Notes: generated from the sequence alone by a model not told the origin. 64,000 bases of DNA from Alphaproteobacteria bacterium (GCA_031549385.1 JAVBPW010000005.1:1-64000); one strand, 5' to 3'. Shown: positions 31,128 to 41,324, counted from the stretch's first letter. Numbers and translations are program-made.

Positions 31128-32102
31128 TTATATTATATCTGTTATTGAACGAAGGTTTGCTTCACGACCTATTTGAACTACATGGAATTTCTTTTCTAAA
31201 TCAGATATAATATCCTTTATATCTGTTGTATCGCCTGAAAGTTTTATTCTTTTAGCAAAAATTTCAAACGCATTTTGTGGAGAATCTGCGTGAATTGTTG
31301 TGAAGAAGTGTTTGTGTCCTGTGTCTACAAAGGTGTTTAATGCTGACGCATTAGATGATGAAACTTCACCACCAAGAATTACGTCTGGTGTCATACGTAC
31401 TACTAAATCCAATACTTGTTTGTAATCAAATGCATTAGTTTGAGTTGTTCGTGAGAGTACTATATGAACACGATTTTTTTGTGGAACTATTAATTCCCTT
31501 GTATCTTCTACTGTTATTACTCTGAAATCTGGATTTATTATCTTTAATAAATTATTTAAGAATGTGGTTTTTCCAGTTGAGGTTGCACCACTGATTAATA
31601 ATGGTTCGCCACTGTTTATTATGTACATTAATTTTTCATATGGATCTTTTGGAAGGTCTTTCTTTGTTAGAGCTATTTTTCTTAACTCTTTTCCTTTTTC
31701 TAATCCGAAATCTTCAAATTTAATATCTACATCTTTTGAATAAACTCTTATATTTAGAGCTATACCACCATCTAAATCATCATTGTCGTACATTACGTTT
31801 CTTCCTAAGATTCCAGTAAAACGATGGCCGCCTGGGAGAGATGTAAATAATATTGGAGTGTTTGTTAATGGATCAAACGGCATGTTGTATGTGTTTGATA
31901 TTACAAACATTACTGATGATAAATAATCTTTTGTTAGTTTTCTGTCAGTTAAACATACCCATGGGTTTTCTTTTTTTGTTCGAAGACGTAACCAGATTTC
32001 TTTTTCTCGGTTTATGGCAAGTTCTTCTATACCCTCGTTTTCATAGTAATGAGAAAGAGGTCCAAGGATTTTTTTTAAAACTATAAAATTATCGTTATTC
32101 AT
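31128..32102 (-). CDS. virB11: VirB11-like secretion ATPase
   Basis: IEELAINRE, SGATSTGKTTF, ITVEDTREL, RMTPDVILGGEV, TTIHADS. Confidence 0.85.
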   Translation of the reverse strand: MNNDNFIVLKKILGPLSHYYENEGIEELAINREKEIWLRLRTKKENPWVCLTDRKLTKDYLSSVMFVISNTYNMPFDPLTNTPILFTSLPGGHRFTGILGRNVMYDNDDLDGGIALNIRVYSKDVDIKFEDFGLEKGKELRKIALTKKDLPKDPYEKLMYIINSGEPLLISGATSTGKTTFLNNLLKIINPDFRVITVEDTRELIVPQKNRVHIVLSRTTQTNAFDYKQVLDLVVRMTPDVILGGEVSSSNASALNTFVDTGHKHFFTTIHADSPQNAFEIFAKRIKLSGDTTDIKDIISDLEKKFHVVQIGREANLRSITDII

Positions 32103-32225
32103 TTTTTATTTGCAATTATTTCAAAATAGATTTGTAAAAAATCTTTTTTTTTGATATAATCTTTATGTCTCCTTTATACAAGAAAGGATACTCGAAATTT
32201 GAATTAATTGCAAGGAAATTAAGTA

Positions 32226-32981
32226 GTGGTTAAAATAGAAGACCTTAAAGCATTAGCAGGAGACTTTGGAATTGACGTTATGTCAGATTTCCTTGATACT
32301 AACTTTTTAAAGGTTTTTTTAATTAATGAAAGTGATGAGTATTTTATTAAAAGAATTTTGATTAATTCACTATATTTGGAAAAAAAAGATTGCAATATTT
32401 TTGTGTCTAATGAAATAGGGCAATTTATGGGGCAAAATGAATTTTGCTTTTATGCTGGTAAAATGTTGACTAAACATTTTCCTGGAGTTGATAAAATTAA
32501 GTTCTTAGAAACTAACACTTCTTTGATGAGCAATTTTATTGAGGCTAAAGATAATATTGGTTTTATACCTTATTTTAAGAATCTTAAAAGTGCTTGGTGG
32601 ATGAAGTTATTTTTAAATATTGAAAATCCACCGTCTATATTTGCTAAATTAATTGAAGGGGAATTAGTTTTTTATGGAGTTACTTCTGATATCATAAAAA
32701 ATACAGGAGATGTTTCCGTTATTGTTGTTGAAGTATCACAAGCTGTACCTGTAGAATTTTTAAAAATGGCTTTAATAAGTGTTGATTTTAAAGTTAAAGA
32801 GGTCGTTGATATTATGCCTACAAATGCTGGGAAGGTTTTATATCTTCTTGAAATTGATGGTGCTTATGATAATAAAGATCCTTTGATGGCTTTGAGTTTC
32901 GATTTTGATGGTATATTATTTCAAGTGCTTAAAAAAGTCGGTGGATATCACAGCGAATATGGAGAAAAAGAAAATGAATAA
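32226..32981 (+). CDS. Hypothetical protein, possibly a degenerate chorismate mutase/prephenate dehydratase-related protein
   Basis: WWMKL...PSIFAKL and an ACT-like end (YLLEIDG...VGGY); weak match. Confidence 0.4.
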   Translation: MVKIEDLKALAGDFGIDVMSDFLDTNFLKVFLINESDEYFIKRILINSLYLEKKDCNIFVSNEIGQFMGQNEFCFYAGKMLTKHFPGVDKIKFLETNTSLMSNFIEAKDNIGFIPYFKNLKSAWWMKLFLNIENPPSIFAKLIEGELVFYGVTSDIIKNTGDVSVIVVEVSQAVPVEFLKMALISVDFKVKEVVDIMPTNAGKVLYLLEIDGAYDNKDPLMALSFDFDGILFQVLKKVGGYHSEYGEKENE

Positions 32982-34224
32982 AAGATTGCCTATTTATGTG
33001 CTTCCTAATGGAATTAGAGTTGTTGTTGATGTTTTAAAAAGTGTTGAAACTGTTTCTCTTGGTATGTTTATAAAAGCTGGGAGCAGAGATGATAAAATTG
33101 GCAAAAGTGGAACTGCTCATTTATTAGAACATATGATTTTTAAAGGTTGTAAAAATAAGCAAGGGCAAAATGTTATTAGAACATTAGAAGATGTTGGTGG
33201 ACAGGCTAATGCCTATACTACAAAAGAATTAACAGCATTTCATTTTAAGGTTTTAAAACAGGATTTTAATTTAGCTTTGAAGCTTTTAGCAAATATGCTT
33301 ATGGAGTCTAAATTTGAAGAAGTAGAATTTGAAAATGAAAAGAAAGTTATACTTCAAGAAATTGCTCAAGATAATGAGGATTTAGATTCATTATTCAATA
33401 ATTTGATGACTGAAATTGCCTATACTAATCAGGACTTAGGACGCCCAGTTTTGGGGACTTCTGATAGTGTTAAAAATATGAAAGTTAAAGATCTTTATGA
33501 TTTTATGAAAGATAATTATGCGTCAGATGAATGTGTTTTGTCTGTTAGTGGAAATGTAGATGAAAAGAAAATTTTAGACTTGATTTTAAAGTTGTTTTCT
33601 CCATGGCCATATAGGAAAAATAAGATTTCTAAAAAAGCAAAATATATTGGTGGAAAAAGAATAATAGAAAATAAGTTAGGAAATGGACAAGTTTATTTTT
33701 ATGCCTCTTATCCTGCACCTTCTTATGATAATATTAAGGAAGTTTATACTGCTAAACTTTTAAAAATTGCATTGACTGGTGGAATATTTGCTCGACTTTA
33801 TCAGGAACTTAGAGAAAAACGTGGGCTGGTTTATGGAATTAAATCTACATATATTAATTATACAGATAACGGAATATTTTCTATATTTTCATCTGTGGCA
33901 ACTGAGAAGTTTAATGAGTTCTTAAAGGTTCTTTTAAATGAATTAAAATTGTTTGGTAAAAATATTATGAAGGATGATGAGCTTAATAAAATAAAGGCTC
34001 AAATAAGAGCAGGAATTTCTTTCGAAATGGAAGGAACTTCTGCTAGAATTATGAGAAATGCATATCAAATAATATTTTATCATGATCTTTATCCTGTTAA
34101 AAATATTCTTGATTTGATTGATAGTATTACTGCTAAAGATATTGCAGCTATGGCAAAAAGAGTGTTTGATAATGGAGCTAAACCTACTATACTTGTGTAT
34201 GGTAATGTTGAAGTAAATATTTAA
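32974..34224 (+). CDS. M16B (MPP-like) zinc peptidase
   Basis: LPNGIRVV, GTAHLLEHMIFKG, NAYT, ARLYQELREKRGLVY. Confidence 0.92.
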   Translation: MNKRLPIYVLPNGIRVVVDVLKSVETVSLGMFIKAGSRDDKIGKSGTAHLLEHMIFKGCKNKQGQNVIRTLEDVGGQANAYTTKELTAFHFKVLKQDFNLALKLLANMLMESKFEEVEFENEKKVILQEIAQDNEDLDSLFNNLMTEIAYTNQDLGRPVLGTSDSVKNMKVKDLYDFMKDNYASDECVLSVSGNVDEKKILDLILKLFSPWPYRKNKISKKAKYIGGKRIIENKLGNGQVYFYASYPAPSYDNIKEVYTAKLLKIALTGGIFARLYQELREKRGLVYGIKSTYINYTDNGIFSIFSSVATEKFNEFLKVLLNELKLFGKNIMKDDELNKIKAQIRAGISFEMEGTSARIMRNAYQIIFYHDLYPVKNILDLIDSITAKDIAAMAKRVFDNGAKPTILVYGNVEVNI

Positions 34225-34225
34225 A

Positions 34226-34705
34226 TTAGATTTTCTTTTGTTCTTCGTATTCTAAACAAACTGTTGGATTTGGTGTTGAAACTTCATTTGACCCTATTGC
34301 TTCTTTGCATTCTAGGATACCCATATTCATTACTCTGAATAAACCCTGAGCGCAGCATTTTTCACATCTTCCAGTATCTTTAGATGCTTTGTCATTGTAT
34401 ACCCAATATTCTCTATTTTCGTTTCTTGTTTTTTTAACACAATCTCTCATAGCATTCTTATCAGAAATGTTTTTTACATAAAACCCAGTTCCTGCTGCTA
34501 CAGCTCCTGTTGCTATAACTGTTCCTACGATTGCTACTGGATTTGCTCCTGTTTCAATATCACCTTTTTTTGTTTCATAATCATCGATTGTGAATGGAGC
34601 AGGGTATGTGTCTTGTTTCATATTTCTGAATGAATATGAATTTTGAGCATACGATGATGCCTGACACAATATAAAGATAGCTAAAAATAGTGCTAATTTC
34701 CTCAT
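34226..34705 (-). CDS. Secreted Cys-rich hypothetical protein
   Basis: Signal peptide (SSYA), Gly/Ala hydrophobic stretch, six Cys in the C-terminal half. Confidence 0.7.
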   Translation of the reverse strand: MRKLALFLAIFILCQASSYAQNSYSFRNMKQDTYPAPFTIDDYETKKGDIETGANPVAIVGTVIATGAVAAGTGFYVKNISDKNAMRDCVKKTRNENREYWVYNDKASKDTGRCEKCCAQGLFRVMNMGILECKEAIGSNEVSTPNPTVCLEYEEQKKI

Positions 34706-34793
34706 GTATAGTATTGTATCATAAATTGAATAGAAATAAAATCTTTTTTATTCTTGCAAAATGAAAAAATATTCAATATATTATGTCAACGCT

Positions 34794-34883
34794 GGAAGGG
34801 TGGCAGAGCGGTTTAATGCACCGGTCTTGAAAACCGACGTAGGGGCAACTCTACCGTGAGTTCGAATCTCACCCCTTCCGCCA
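34794..34883 (+). tRNA. tRNA-Ser(TGA)
   Basis: GGAAGGGTGGCAGAGCGG...CCGGTCTTGAAAACCG, long variable arm, GTTCGAATC, CCA. Confidence 0.96.
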
Positions 34884-34916
34884 GTATTATAAAATGTCGC
34901 AGCTTTGCGGCTTTTT

Positions 34917-35471
34917 TTATTTAAACTTATGTTCACAATCAGGCATGTGGTCGTTGGTTAATCCTGCTGCTTGCATGAAAGCGTAACATATTGTTGTACC
35001 TATGAATTTAAAGCCTCTTTTTTTTAAATCTTTACTGATTTTGTCTGATATTTCTGTTCTTGTTGGAGTTTCGTTTATATTTTTGAAGTTATTGATTATT
35101 GGTTTATTGTCTACAAATGCCCAAATATATTTATCAAATGAGCCAAATTCTTTTTGAACTTTAATGAATGCCTCTGCATTTAGTTTTAGGGATGATAGTT
35201 TTAATCTGTTTCTTATTAGATTAGAATTTTGCATAAGTTCATTGACTTTTTTATCATCATATTTGACTATAGTTTTTGTGTCAAAATTATCAAAGGCTTT
35301 TTTCATAGATTCTCTTTTTGTTAATATTGTGCTCCAACTTAGACCTGCTTGCATGCCTTCTAATATTAACATTTCAAAAAGCTTTTTATCGTCATGTAAT
35401 GGCTTTCCCCATTCTTTATCGTGATAGATTATGTCTAATTCAGTTTTTGGCCAAGGGCAGCGTTTAGTCAT
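34917..35471 (-). CDS. tag: DNA-3-methyladenine glycosylase I
   Basis: RCPW, YHDKEWG, LEGMQAGLSW, IRNRLK, NDH. Confidence 0.95.
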   Translation of the reverse strand: MTKRCPWPKTELDIIYHDKEWGKPLHDDKKLFEMLILEGMQAGLSWSTILTKRESMKKAFDNFDTKTIVKYDDKKVNELMQNSNLIRNRLKLSSLKLNAEAFIKVQKEFGSFDKYIWAFVDNKPIINNFKNINETPTRTEISDKISKDLKKRGFKFIGTTICYAFMQAAGLTNDHMPDCEHKFK

Positions 35472-35573
35472 GTTTTAATCTCCGTTTTATTTACATATAG
35501 TAACATATTAATTCTTTTTAAGATATTGAATTAATTTTTAATTAGAGCTAATATATTTGTATGAGAGGTGGGT

Positions 35574-35942
35574 ATGGCTACAAAAAATGATTTGTTTGTT
35601 TATATAAGAGATAATTATGGCACTGAACCTGATTTTCCTTTTAAAGATGATATTGCTATTTTTCGTCAAAAAGGAAATAGAAAATGGTATGCTGCTGTAA
35701 TGTTTAAGTTAGATAAAAGGAAACTTGGAATTGATGTTGATGGTAAGTGTGATGTTGTCAATTTAAAATGTGATCCTGTTAAGTCCAGACCTTATCGTCA
35801 AATTAAAGGTATTCTTCCTGGATATCATATGAATAAACAACATTGGTTGACAGTTATGTTGGATGGGACTGTTAAATCTTCTGTATTGCAGGAACTTGTT
35901 GATGTAAGTTATCAATTAACTGCCCCTAAATTTAAAAAATAA
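35574..35942 (+). CDS. MmcQ/YjbR family DNA-binding protein
   Basis: KWYA, VNLKCDP, PGYHMNKQHW, SYQLT. Confidence 0.9.
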   Translation: MATKNDLFVYIRDNYGTEPDFPFKDDIAIFRQKGNRKWYAAVMFKLDKRKLGIDVDGKCDVVNLKCDPVKSRPYRQIKGILPGYHMNKQHWLTVMLDGTVKSSVLQELVDVSYQLTAPKFKK

Positions 35943-36015
35943 AGGAATTTTCTATATTTTTATTGTTATAATAGAATGGTATGTTATCATTAAAAGAAAA
36001 ATATGAGGATATTGT

Positions 36016-37098
36016 ATGAAGAAAATTTGGATTTTATTAGTTGTTTTAATTATTGCAATAATTGTTGGAGTTTTTTTATTTAAACCAAAAACACAAAAAT
36101 CAGATAAACCTGTGGTTACTATTGGTGTTGGGTTACCTTTGACTGGAGATAGTGAAGAGTATGGAAATATTGCTAAACAGGCTATATTACTTTTTGAATC
36201 TGATTTAAAAAATATGGATAATTTAAAATATCAATATAAATTTGTTATAGAAGATGAAGATATAATGCAAATAAGAAAAATTATGTCTGCAACTAATAAA
36301 CTTATTACATATGATAAGGTTGACGCTATTATTTCTTATTGGAATAATCCTGGGATTCTTGTTTCTGAAATTTTAAAAGATAAAGATATATTACATGTTA
36401 GCTTTGGTAATGATGAAAAAATTTTAATATCTGAATATGATTTTACTTTTTACCCATACCCGCCTAAACAAATAGAAATGTTACTTTCAAGAATTAAAAG
36501 CCTTGGTCATAAAAAAGTTGCTGTTTTAGGGTGTAATAATGCTTGGTCAGAAATGGTTAGAAATCAAATAAGAAAACAATCTGCTGATTTTAAGTTAGAT
36601 ATTGTTAGTGAACAAGTTATTAATATTGGAGAAAGAGATTTTAAAACTGTGTTTGATAAAACCCAGGCTAAAAATCCTGATATATATATTTTAATGTTAG
36701 AAACACCAGAATTTGAAATTGCTAGAAAAAAGATGTTAGAGATGGGGATTAATGTTCCTATGACTGCAACTGATATGCCTGGATATACTGCAGAAAAAGA
36801 TTTGTTTGAAGGAGTTTGGTTTGTTGATATGGTTGATGGAGATAAAACGTTTGAAGAAAGATTTAAAGAACTTAGTAAAATGAGTAACCATTTTGGAGCT
36901 GCTAATATCTATGATATTGCATTTTTGATAGTTCAATCCTATGAAAAATCTGATGATAAAAAAGATGTTGCAAAGACTTTGTCTGAAATAAAAGAATTTT
37001 CAGGTAAATCTGGAAAAGTAAAACAACAAAAGAGATTTTTTGTTATTCCTTCTGAATATAAAAAAATAAAAAATGGAAAGGTTATTTCAGATAAATAG
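36016..37098 (+). CDS. LivJ/K-type ABC substrate-binding protein (no transporter genes nearby)
   Basis: IGVGLPLTG, KLITYDKVDAII, DFKT...KNPD, FSGKSG. Confidence 0.85.
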   Translation: MKKIWILLVVLIIAIIVGVFLFKPKTQKSDKPVVTIGVGLPLTGDSEEYGNIAKQAILLFESDLKNMDNLKYQYKFVIEDEDIMQIRKIMSATNKLITYDKVDAIISYWNNPGILVSEILKDKDILHVSFGNDEKILISEYDFTFYPYPPKQIEMLLSRIKSLGHKKVAVLGCNNAWSEMVRNQIRKQSADFKLDIVSEQVINIGERDFKTVFDKTQAKNPDIYILMLETPEFEIARKKMLEMGINVPMTATDMPGYTAEKDLFEGVWFVDMVDGDKTFEERFKELSKMSNHFGAANIYDIAFLIVQSYEKSDDKKDVAKTLSEIKEFSGKSGKVKQQKRFFVIPSEYKKIKNGKVISDK

Positions 37099-37165
37099 AT
37101 TTTGTTTTTGAAAATTTGATAAGTTTGTGCTATATATGGTTCGTATATAAAATAAGGAATCCAAA

Positions 37166-37963
37166 ATGAATGCACTTTTACACTATTTTAATTATAACAC
37201 TGTAACCAGTATTGTTGAGATTTTAATTATAATTGTTGTTACTTGGTTGTTTTATAATCGTTTTATTAAGGGAAAGAATTCTGCTAAATTTGTTAGGGGA
37301 ATTTTTGTTTTAGTCCTTTTGTGGTTCTTTAGTTTAGTATTGATAAGATTTAATTTCCTTATTCTTGGAACTTTTGTACGATATGGTGTTACATTCGTTT
37401 TATTTGGACTTGTTGTTATATTTCAACCAGAACTTCGTAAGTTTCTTGGAATGTTAGGACAAGCTAAATTCTTTTATTCATGGTTTTTGCCTAAATCAAA
37501 AAAAGGTGAAGATTATTTAAGTCATAGTTGTGATGAAATTATTAAAGCTGTTGAATATATGTCTTCAAAACAAATTGGTGGGTTGATATTGTTTAGAAGC
37601 GATATGTTGGGGACTATTGAAAACCCTGGAGTAGCTCTTAATGCTGATATATCTTCTGAATTGTTGCTTACTATATTTCATGATAAAACTCCGCTTCATG
37701 ATGGTTGTGTTATTATTAGTGGAAATAAAATTTTATCTGCTGGTGCTATTTTACCTTTGACTGAAAAAAATAAAATCAATTGGCAATATGGTACACGTCA
37801 CAGAGCTGCACTTGGAGCTAGTGAAGTTTTGGGTGTGAATGTTCTTGTGGTGTCTGAAGAAACTGGATGTGTTTCTGTTGCTTCAAAAGGAAATTTTAAG
37901 AAATATGACGACTTTAAAAAATTGAAATCTTCATTAAGAAATATTTTGGAAAAAACTGTATAG
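37166..37963 (+). CDS. cdaA: Diadenylate cyclase CdaA/DacA
   Basis: Three N-terminal TMs, VIFQPELRKFL, TPLHDGCVII, YGTRHRAALG, VVSEETG. Confidence 0.92.
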   Translation: MNALLHYFNYNTVTSIVEILIIIVVTWLFYNRFIKGKNSAKFVRGIFVLVLLWFFSLVLIRFNFLILGTFVRYGVTFVLFGLVVIFQPELRKFLGMLGQAKFFYSWFLPKSKKGEDYLSHSCDEIIKAVEYMSSKQIGGLILFRSDMLGTIENPGVALNADISSELLLTIFHDKTPLHDGCVIISGNKILSAGAILPLTEKNKINWQYGTRHRAALGASEVLGVNVLVVSEETGCVSVASKGNFKKYDDFKKLKSSLRNILEKTV

Positions 37964-37972
37964 GAGTTTTAA

Positions 37973-38679
37973 ATGATAACAGCTGATATTGTTTTTAAAG
38001 ATTTGAAATCTCATAGTAATCCTGCTGAAGCTGAAAAATCTTTACGCTATTTTAAAGCAGGTAAGGGTGAATATGCTGAAGGGGATAAGTTTTTAGGAAT
38101 GCAACTTAAAGATGTTAATGATATTATAAAAAAATATGTAAAAGATATTTCATTGGCAGAAATTGAAAAACTTTTACAAAACCCTTGGCATGAAGCAAGA
38201 ACTACTGCAGTTTCTATGTTAGTAAAAAAATATGAAAAAGCAGATGAGAAAAAAAAGAAATTGTTAACCTTTATCTTAAAAATACAAAATATATTAATAA
38301 TTGGGATTTGGTTGATATTTCTTCCCCTAAAATTATTGGGCCTTATGTTTATGAAACTGGTAAGACTGATATATTATATAAGCTTGCCAAATCAAAACAT
38401 CTTTGGTCTGAGAGAATTTCTGTACTTGCTTGTCAGTATCTTATAAAACAAGGTGATTTTGATGATATTTTAAAATTAGCTGTCGATTTTATGTTGCATA
38501 AGCATGACTTAATGCATAAGGCTGTTGGTTGGATGTTACGTGAAGTTGGTAAAATGGATGAAAAAGTTTTGAAAGCTTTTTTAGATAAATATGCTTCGAA
38601 ATTACCACGAACAGCACTTCGTTATAGTTTGGAAAAATTAGATCCAAAAATACGCGAATATTATATGAAGAAAAAATAA
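37973..38679 (+). pseudogene. AlkD-like DNA alkylation repair protein split by a -1 frameshift
   Basis: N-half YFKAGKGEYAEGDKFLG; -1 frame continues NNWDLVD...HKAVGWMLREVGK; junction at A8 run 38249-38256. Confidence 0.8.
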
Positions 38680-38750
38680 ATAGTTTTCTTGACTTTTCTT
38701 TGAACTCCTTTAAAATCTTGCTCTATAAATTGAGAAATAAGGAATTATAG

Positions 38751-41324
38751 ATGTTTAGATTTACTTCACTAAAAAACTTAGTATTTTTTTTATTTGCTTT
38801 GGTATCAATACCTGCTTTTGCTTACAATGGTGTAATTGATGGAACTAATTTATCAGTTGATAGAATTGTTTTAGAAAATTCTTCAACAGATTTAATATTT
38901 GAAGATGATACGGAAGTTACTGGATTTGATAGAAATGAAGGTGATGGTGGAGCTGTTTATGCTATTACTCTTTTTAATGTTGCAAATAATGTGAAATTTA
39001 ATTTGAACATTTCTGATGGAAATGGTGGTGCTGTTTATTCTGAACAATATCTTGTTATAGGAAATGAAGTTTTATTTGAAAGTAATGAGGCTGTTAATGG
39101 TGGTGCTTTGTATAATAAAGGTACTGTCACTATTGCTGAAAAGGCTTCTTTTAAAACTAATATAGCGAGTGGAGATGGTGGTGCGTTTTATAATGAAGCT
39201 GGAAGTATAACTTTTGGAACTGAGGCTTTATTCGAATCAAATGAAGCTGTTAATGGGGCAGGTGTTTATAATAAAGGTTCTGTAACTATTGCAGATAAGG
39301 CTAGTTTTAAAACAAACATAGCAACTGGTGATGGTGGAGCTATTTATAATTATGAAGGTGGTTCGATATCTATTGGAAAAGAATCTACATTTGATGGAAA
39401 TGAAGGTGTTAACGGTGGTGCTATTTATTCTAAAGGAAGACTTGATATAGATAGTTCAGGAACTTTTAAAAATAATATTGCTTCTGGAAATGGAGGAGCA
39501 ATTTATCTTGAAGGAACAAATTCATTTAGTTTGATGTCTGGAACTTTTGAAGCTAATGAAGCTGTAAATGGTGGCGCTTTCTATAATAATGGAGCGACTA
39601 CTTCTATTGGTAATGGAGTTCTTTTTAAAGGTAATATAGCTAGTGGTGATGGGGCTGCTATTTATAATGAAAGTGGGACTGTTACTATTTATTCTGGAAC
39701 ACAATTTGAAGGAAACCAAGCAAATGGTGGAGCTGGAAAAGGTGGTGCTATTTATACTAAAGGAACCGTGAATCTTTATGTTGGTATGGCTTCAATAAAA
39801 TTTATAACTGAAGATGATGATATATATGTTGATGGCGGAACACTTACTTCTGTTGGAACAGGAAGAATCGATGCTTCACTTGCTGACTTAACTGTAACAA
39901 ATTCTGGAACTTTAGATATTGGTGCTTCTAACTTTACTCTTGATACTGTTAATTTCTATGATAATACTACTTTGAAAGTTACTATTTCCAAAAGTGGTGG
40001 AAATGTAATTCATGGAACATTGACTGCTAATACTATTGCTGTTTCTGGTACTGGAACAAAATTACAATTTACGATTGATCGTTCTTCTTTAGAAAAATTT
40101 GTACCTTATGAACTTTCTGTTATTTCTGATGGGACTAATGATTTTAATGAAATAGCTACTAATGACAATAATTTGTATGAAATTGAAAAATTAGTTGATG
40201 GAAAATATAAAATAACTCGTAAAGATATCTCAACAGAACAACTTGTGCAAACTAATGGTGCTGATCAAAATATTTTAAATACTGCAAAGGCTTGGAATGA
40301 TGGTGCTGATTTTACTTTAGGTAGTAAGTCTGATGATGTAGCTGCTAAATTATATGCTCTTGCTCAAAGTGATGTTGATGCTTATATGGATGCTTTGGCT
40401 TTAATTTCACCTAATGCTGGCGCTATGGTTTATGAAATGACTACTGAAAAAATTAGCCAAATGTTTCGTATCACTTCGAATCGATTAGGGTCTTCATATG
40501 CTCAAGATAAAAAGTTTGGTGAACATTATGAAGGTTTCTGGATGGAAGGTATTTATAATCATGCTAAATACAATCAATCAAAGAATAATAAATTTGATAA
40601 TGATTCTGCAGGTTTTGTTTTGGGATACGATGGTGATGTAAACCACGATTTGAGAATGGGTGTTGCTTATTCTTATGTTGGTACTGATTCTGAAGCATTG
40701 CCCCGTGCAAGTAATATAAATTCTAATTCTTTCATGGTTTATGGACAATATACTATGTCTGATAATTGGTATATTGATGGAATATTAAGTTATGTTTATT
40801 CTACATTTGACGAAACAAAAGATGTGTTTGGAACTTTAGTAACTTCCGAATCTGATTTGGAAACTGTTGCTGCTCAAGTTTCTTCTGGTTATATATTTGA
40901 TTTAGGTTTTGTTAATTTAGTTCCTGAATTCGGACTTAGAACTGTTACTGTTTATCAAGGTGAATATAAAGATGCTTTAGGACAAGAAGTGAAAGGTAAT
41001 GTTTTTGGAACTGTTACTGGACTTGCTGATTTAAGTTTAAATAAAATTTATGAATTTTCTTCTGGTTATAAACTTAGATGGGAATTAAGATTTGGAGCTG
41101 GTTATGATCTTCTTGCTAGTGATGCCGAATATAAAATAGGATTGCCTAATGGTTCAGAATATGAAATTATGGCAGCTCATTTTGATGAATTAAGCTATGG
41201 AGTAGGGGCTAATGTAACTCTTTATACTTCCGGTAAACTTCGAATCACTTTTGGATATGATGGAAAAATGAGAAAAGATTATGAAAATCATATGGCTTCT
41301 GTAGTTTTAAGCTTCAAATTTTAA
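38751..41324 (+). CDS. Autotransporter with Pmp-type (GGAI / FxxN) repeats
   Basis: Signal peptide AFA, many GGA[IVLF]Y and FxxN motifs, beta-barrel ending SFKF. Confidence 0.92.
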   Translation: MFRFTSLKNLVFFLFALVSIPAFAYNGVIDGTNLSVDRIVLENSSTDLIFEDDTEVTGFDRNEGDGGAVYAITLFNVANNVKFNLNISDGNGGAVYSEQYLVIGNEVLFESNEAVNGGALYNKGTVTIAEKASFKTNIASGDGGAFYNEAGSITFGTEALFESNEAVNGAGVYNKGSVTIADKASFKTNIATGDGGAIYNYEGGSISIGKESTFDGNEGVNGGAIYSKGRLDIDSSGTFKNNIASGNGGAIYLEGTNSFSLMSGTFEANEAVNGGAFYNNGATTSIGNGVLFKGNIASGDGAAIYNESGTVTIYSGTQFEGNQANGGAGKGGAIYTKGTVNLYVGMASIKFITEDDDIYVDGGTLTSVGTGRIDASLADLTVTNSGTLDIGASNFTLDTVNFYDNTTLKVTISKSGGNVIHGTLTANTIAVSGTGTKLQFTIDRSSLEKFVPYELSVISDGTNDFNEIATNDNNLYEIEKLVDGKYKITRKDISTEQLVQTNGADQNILNTAKAWNDGADFTLGSKSDDVAAKLYALAQSDVDAYMDALALISPNAGAMVYEMTTEKISQMFRITSNRLGSSYAQDKKFGEHYEGFWMEGIYNHAKYNQSKNNKFDNDSAGFVLGYDGDVNHDLRMGVAYSYVGTDSEALPRASNINSNSFMVYGQYTMSDNWYIDGILSYVYSTFDETKDVFGTLVTSESDLETVAAQVSSGYIFDLGFVNLVPEFGLRTVTVYQGEYKDALGQEVKGNVFGTVTGLADLSLNKIYEFSSGYKLRWELRFGAGYDLLASDAEYKIGLPNGSEYEIMAAHFDELSYGVGANVTLYTSGKLRITFGYDGKMRKDYENHMASVVLSFKF

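Noticed and set aside
32905-32973. Upstream extension of the M16B peptidase ORF
   Set aside because: It overlaps the previous gene; homology-like sequence starts at the ATG at 32974.
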